Assembly (NCBI GenBank): GCA_965249575.1
Contig: OZ252244.1
Coordinates: 1,184,001 to 1,248,000 of the forward strand
Direction of reading: 5' to 3'
DNA: 64,000 bases
From: Gemmatimonadales bacterium
GTDB lineage: Bacteria > Gemmatimonadota > Gemmatimonadetes > Gemmatimonadales > GWC2-71-9
This document shows, in pieces, positions 61,213 through 64,000 of the stretch (position 1 is the stretch's first letter; each line of letters begins with the position of its first letter). A program made the position numbers and the translations under genes. Below the pieces are notes generated by a model. The model was not told where the DNA came from. It worked only from the letters and a program-made list of their open reading frames with translations, and ran no database searches.

Positions 61213-61536
61213 ATGCCCGGCAGCATACTCACGATCTTCACGCCCCTCAGCGTCAACTCCGTGTTGTTTGGAGTTTACGATTTCATCCTCCCGATCATGC
61301 TCTACTGCGCGTTGTCCGCGTTGGTTTTTCTCGATCTCGCGCAGTCGGAAGATCGCGGGGCCGGTCGGATCGTCGGATGGACGGCAGCCGTCCTGCTGCT
61401 GCCGGTTATCGGTAGCGTGGCATATCTGGCGTTCGCGGGGGGAACCCTGCCCCGGGCTAGACGGCTCACCGTGCTCATCACGAGCCTGATCGTGCTGGGT
61501 GCGGCGTACGGCTATACATTCGTGCGAGTCTCCTAA
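61213..61536 (+). CDS. Small membrane protein with a PLDc_N-like motif
   Basis: GGAGG RBS; FLDLA...GWTAAVLLLPVIGSVAYL. Confidence 0.8.
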   Translation: MPGSILTIFTPLSVNSVLFGVYDFILPIMLYCALSALVFLDLAQSEDRGAGRIVGWTAAVLLLPVIGSVAYLAFAGGTLPRARRLTVLITSLIVLGAAYGYTFVRVS

Positions 61537-61574
61537 CGAGTCGTACGGACCTTTGACGGATAGGAGTCTATTCA

Positions 61575-61898
61575 ATGGGTGAGACCGCGACGTTTCCGTT
61601 ACCGACGAGCTTTCAGATCCTCGTGAGCATGTACGGGTATTTCCTGCCCTTCATGCTGTACGCCGCGTGGTCCACGCTGGCCTTCTGGGACATCGGTCGC
61701 CGCGATGACCTGAGTGGCGGCGGCGCCATCGCTTGGATTCTCGTGGTGCTGCTCGTTCCATTCTTCGGAGCCATGGCGTACCACATCGTGGGCGGGGCCT
61801 CCTTCTCGCGAAGCCTGCGAGCTGCGATGGTTGGCGGAGGGCTGGGTTTTTACGTGCTCGTGCTGCTTGCCGGGAATATGTTCGGAGGACTTTCGTAG
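61575..61898 (+). CDS. Second PLDc_N-like small membrane protein (tandem paralog)
   Basis: FWDIGRRDDL....AWILVVLLVPFFGAMAY; 107 aa, same length as its neighbour. Confidence 0.82.
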   Translation: MGETATFPLPTSFQILVSMYGYFLPFMLYAAWSTLAFWDIGRRDDLSGGGAIAWILVVLLVPFFGAMAYHIVGGASFSRSLRAAMVGGGLGFYVLVLLAGNMFGGLS

Positions 61899-61899
61899 C

Positions 61900-62943
61900 G
61901 TGGGTGTCAACCGGCGCGACCTGCTGAGAATCCTCGGCTTCGGCGGTGGCGCCGGGCTGTTGGGTGGCGGCCTCGGATTCTTCGGCAAGCCCGCCCGTGC
62001 CGGCCAAGGGCCTGATCCCGATCCGCTGACCGATCCAGCGGATGCGTTGGACCCTCAGGACGCGCGCAGGGTGTTCGGCCCCGGTGGAACATCCGGCAGA
62101 TACGGCCGGATGAGCGATCCGCCACCGCACCTCGGACCACGCGCCCTCGACCAGCATGTCATACCACCGCCCTACGCCCCGCCGAAGCCCGGTGTCGTCC
62201 GGGAACTCGATATGACGGTCATCGAGACCCGCCTGCAAGTGGGCCTCGAAGCTGCGGTGGACGTTTGGGCCTACAATGGAACCGTGCCAGGACCTGTTGT
62301 CCGCGCGACGGAAGGTGAGGAAATCGCGGTCACGCTGCACAATCCAACTCCCCAGCCGCACACGATTCACTTTCACGGGGCGTACGATGTGACCCAGGAC
62401 GGCTGGTCACCGGTGCCCCCACGCGAACGGCGCACCTACCACATCGCGGCCGCCTGTCAGGGACTGCACCCGTACCATTGCCACACGCCGCCGTATGCCC
62501 GGCATTTCTCCAGGGGAATGTACGGGGTGATGATCGTCGATCCGCCGGGCGGCAGGCGACGCGCGCACGAATTCGTTCTGGCGCTCTGCGGCTGGGACCT
62601 GGACGGCGACGGGCAAAACGAGCTTTACGCGTGGAACGGCATTGCGGGTTTTTTCGGCCGCCATCCGATCAAGGTACCGGTGGGAGAGCTCGTCCGGCTG
62701 TACGTCGTGAACCTCGTCGAGTACGATCCGGTCGCCTCGTTTCACCTACATGCCCACACCTTCGATGTATATCGGAGTGGCACGTCGTCGTCACCCCAAG
62801 AGCACACGGACGTTGTCACGTTGGGTCAAACCGAAAGGGCCATTCTTGAGTTCCGGCTTCCCCGCCGGGGCCGGTACATGTTTCATCCCCATCAGATACA
62901 CATGGCCGAGCGCGGCGCCATGGGCTGGATCGTCGCCGTTTAA
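61900..62943 (+). CDS. Tat-exported two-domain multicopper oxidase
   Basis: NRRDLL Tat signal; HTIHFH, YHCH...H....M, FHLH, FHPH. Confidence 0.9.
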   Translation: MGVNRRDLLRILGFGGGAGLLGGGLGFFGKPARAGQGPDPDPLTDPADALDPQDARRVFGPGGTSGRYGRMSDPPPHLGPRALDQHVIPPPYAPPKPGVVRELDMTVIETRLQVGLEAAVDVWAYNGTVPGPVVRATEGEEIAVTLHNPTPQPHTIHFHGAYDVTQDGWSPVPPRERRTYHIAAACQGLHPYHCHTPPYARHFSRGMYGVMIVDPPGGRRRAHEFVLALCGWDLDGDGQNELYAWNGIAGFFGRHPIKVPVGELVRLYVVNLVEYDPVASFHLHAHTFDVYRSGTSSSPQEHTDVVTLGQTERAILEFRLPRRGRYMFHPHQIHMAERGAMGWIVAV

Positions 62944-64000
62944 CCGCGAATCCCGAGCTGCCGTCTCCAATAAAAGTAGAACGGCAGTCCTGCAAGCATC
63001 AGTGCGACACCAACCATCGACGACCAGAACCGATCGATCAGCACTCCAGTCAAGAACCACCCCGAGATCGCGAGGAAGATCACCGGCGTAACCGGATATC
63101 CCCACACGCGATAGGGGCGGGGCAAGTCCGGCTCCTTGAAGCGGAGCACGATGACCGCGGCCACCGCGAGGGTCAACAACGAGTGATTGACGAAGGCCAC
63201 ATAGGTCAAGATGTCCTGATAGGTTCCCGAAAGGGCGAACCCCGATGCCCAGACGCCTTGGATGAGGATGGCAACGGCCGGCGTCCCGCGGGACATGTGG
63301 ATCTCGCTCACCTTCTTGAAGAACATGCCATCGCGTGCCAGCGAAAAAACGATCCGCGGGTAGTTCAGGAGTTGCGCGTTGAGACTACCCATCGTGGAGA
63401 CCACGATAGCAAGCGAAACCAGGGCCCCGCCAATAGGCCCAACCACCGCCCGAACCGCATCGGCTCCGACGAAACTCGATCCCCGAAGCTCGTCGAACGG
63501 TAACACGTAGACGAACGCCACGTTCACTAGCAGGTAGACGACCACGACCACGGCCATCCCAACGATGATGGAGAACGGCACGTTGCGCTGTGGATTTCTG
63601 ATTTCCCCGGCCACGTGGGTGGAGAAGTGCCAGCCGCTGTAGGTGAACAACGTCAGCACCATGGCGGCCGCGAAGGAACCGAACAACTCCGACCCATCCG
63701 CGCCCGCTGGCAGCATCGGACCCAACGCGCTGCATATCACCCGTTCCAAGGAATACACACACGCCGACGACGCTCACGACGATCGTCATCTTGAGCAGCG
63801 TGAAAACATTTTGCGTGCGCCCTCCAGCTCGCACGCCGAGGTAATTGATGAAGGTCATCAACAAGATGGCTAGCACAGCAGCGAACCGAGTCTCCCACAC
63901 GCCGTAGGGGATGACTCGGCTCAGGAAGAAGCCAGCGTAGATCGCCACCGAGGTACCGACGGCGCCGATGGCCGCCGTCGATATCGCGAAGAACATCGTC
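62940..64000 (-). CDS. APC-family amino acid permease (5' end outside the window; frameshift at ~63730)
   Basis: FTYSGW...AGEIRNPQRNVP, PRIVFSLARDG, RPYRVWGYP. Confidence 0.9.

Noticed and set aside
61900..62943. Copper nitrite reductase NirK
   Set aside because: It has HTIHFH instead of the NirK HNIDFH catalytic-Asp motif and retains trinuclear-site histidines.

Overview
A GC-rich bacterial window whose gene content looks like Gemmatimonadota (inference). Housekeeping content: dnaK-degP, a caa3-type cytochrome c oxidase operon, the glyoxylate shunt (aceB-aceA), a short Rho, and assorted hydrolases and transporters. Two accessory systems stand out. (1) A lasso-like RiPP operon (16.0-18.9 kb): an unannotated 32-aa precursor, an HPrK-like kinase, an RRE, a B2 leader peptidase and a nucleotidyltransferase. 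It has no lasso cyclase, and the predicted 9-aa core cannot form a macrolactam. (2) Eight paralogous secreted LVIVD-like beta-propeller proteins (35-61 kb, all on the minus strand) with conserved His/Glu motifs, variable loops and a conserved Trp-rich C-terminus, interleaved with peptidases and a decarboxylase. There are several apparent deletion scars: a pho operon reduced to phoB/pstS/phoU fragments around an intact porin, a Ser/Thr kinase joined to its own PEGA tail, and a TolB-like chimera. Two hydrolase homologues have degenerate catalytic motifs. Many single-base frameshifts, often in homopolymers, may be sequencing errors. No rRNA, tRNA, CRISPR array or transposase was seen. All family assignments come from motif recognition; no database search was run.
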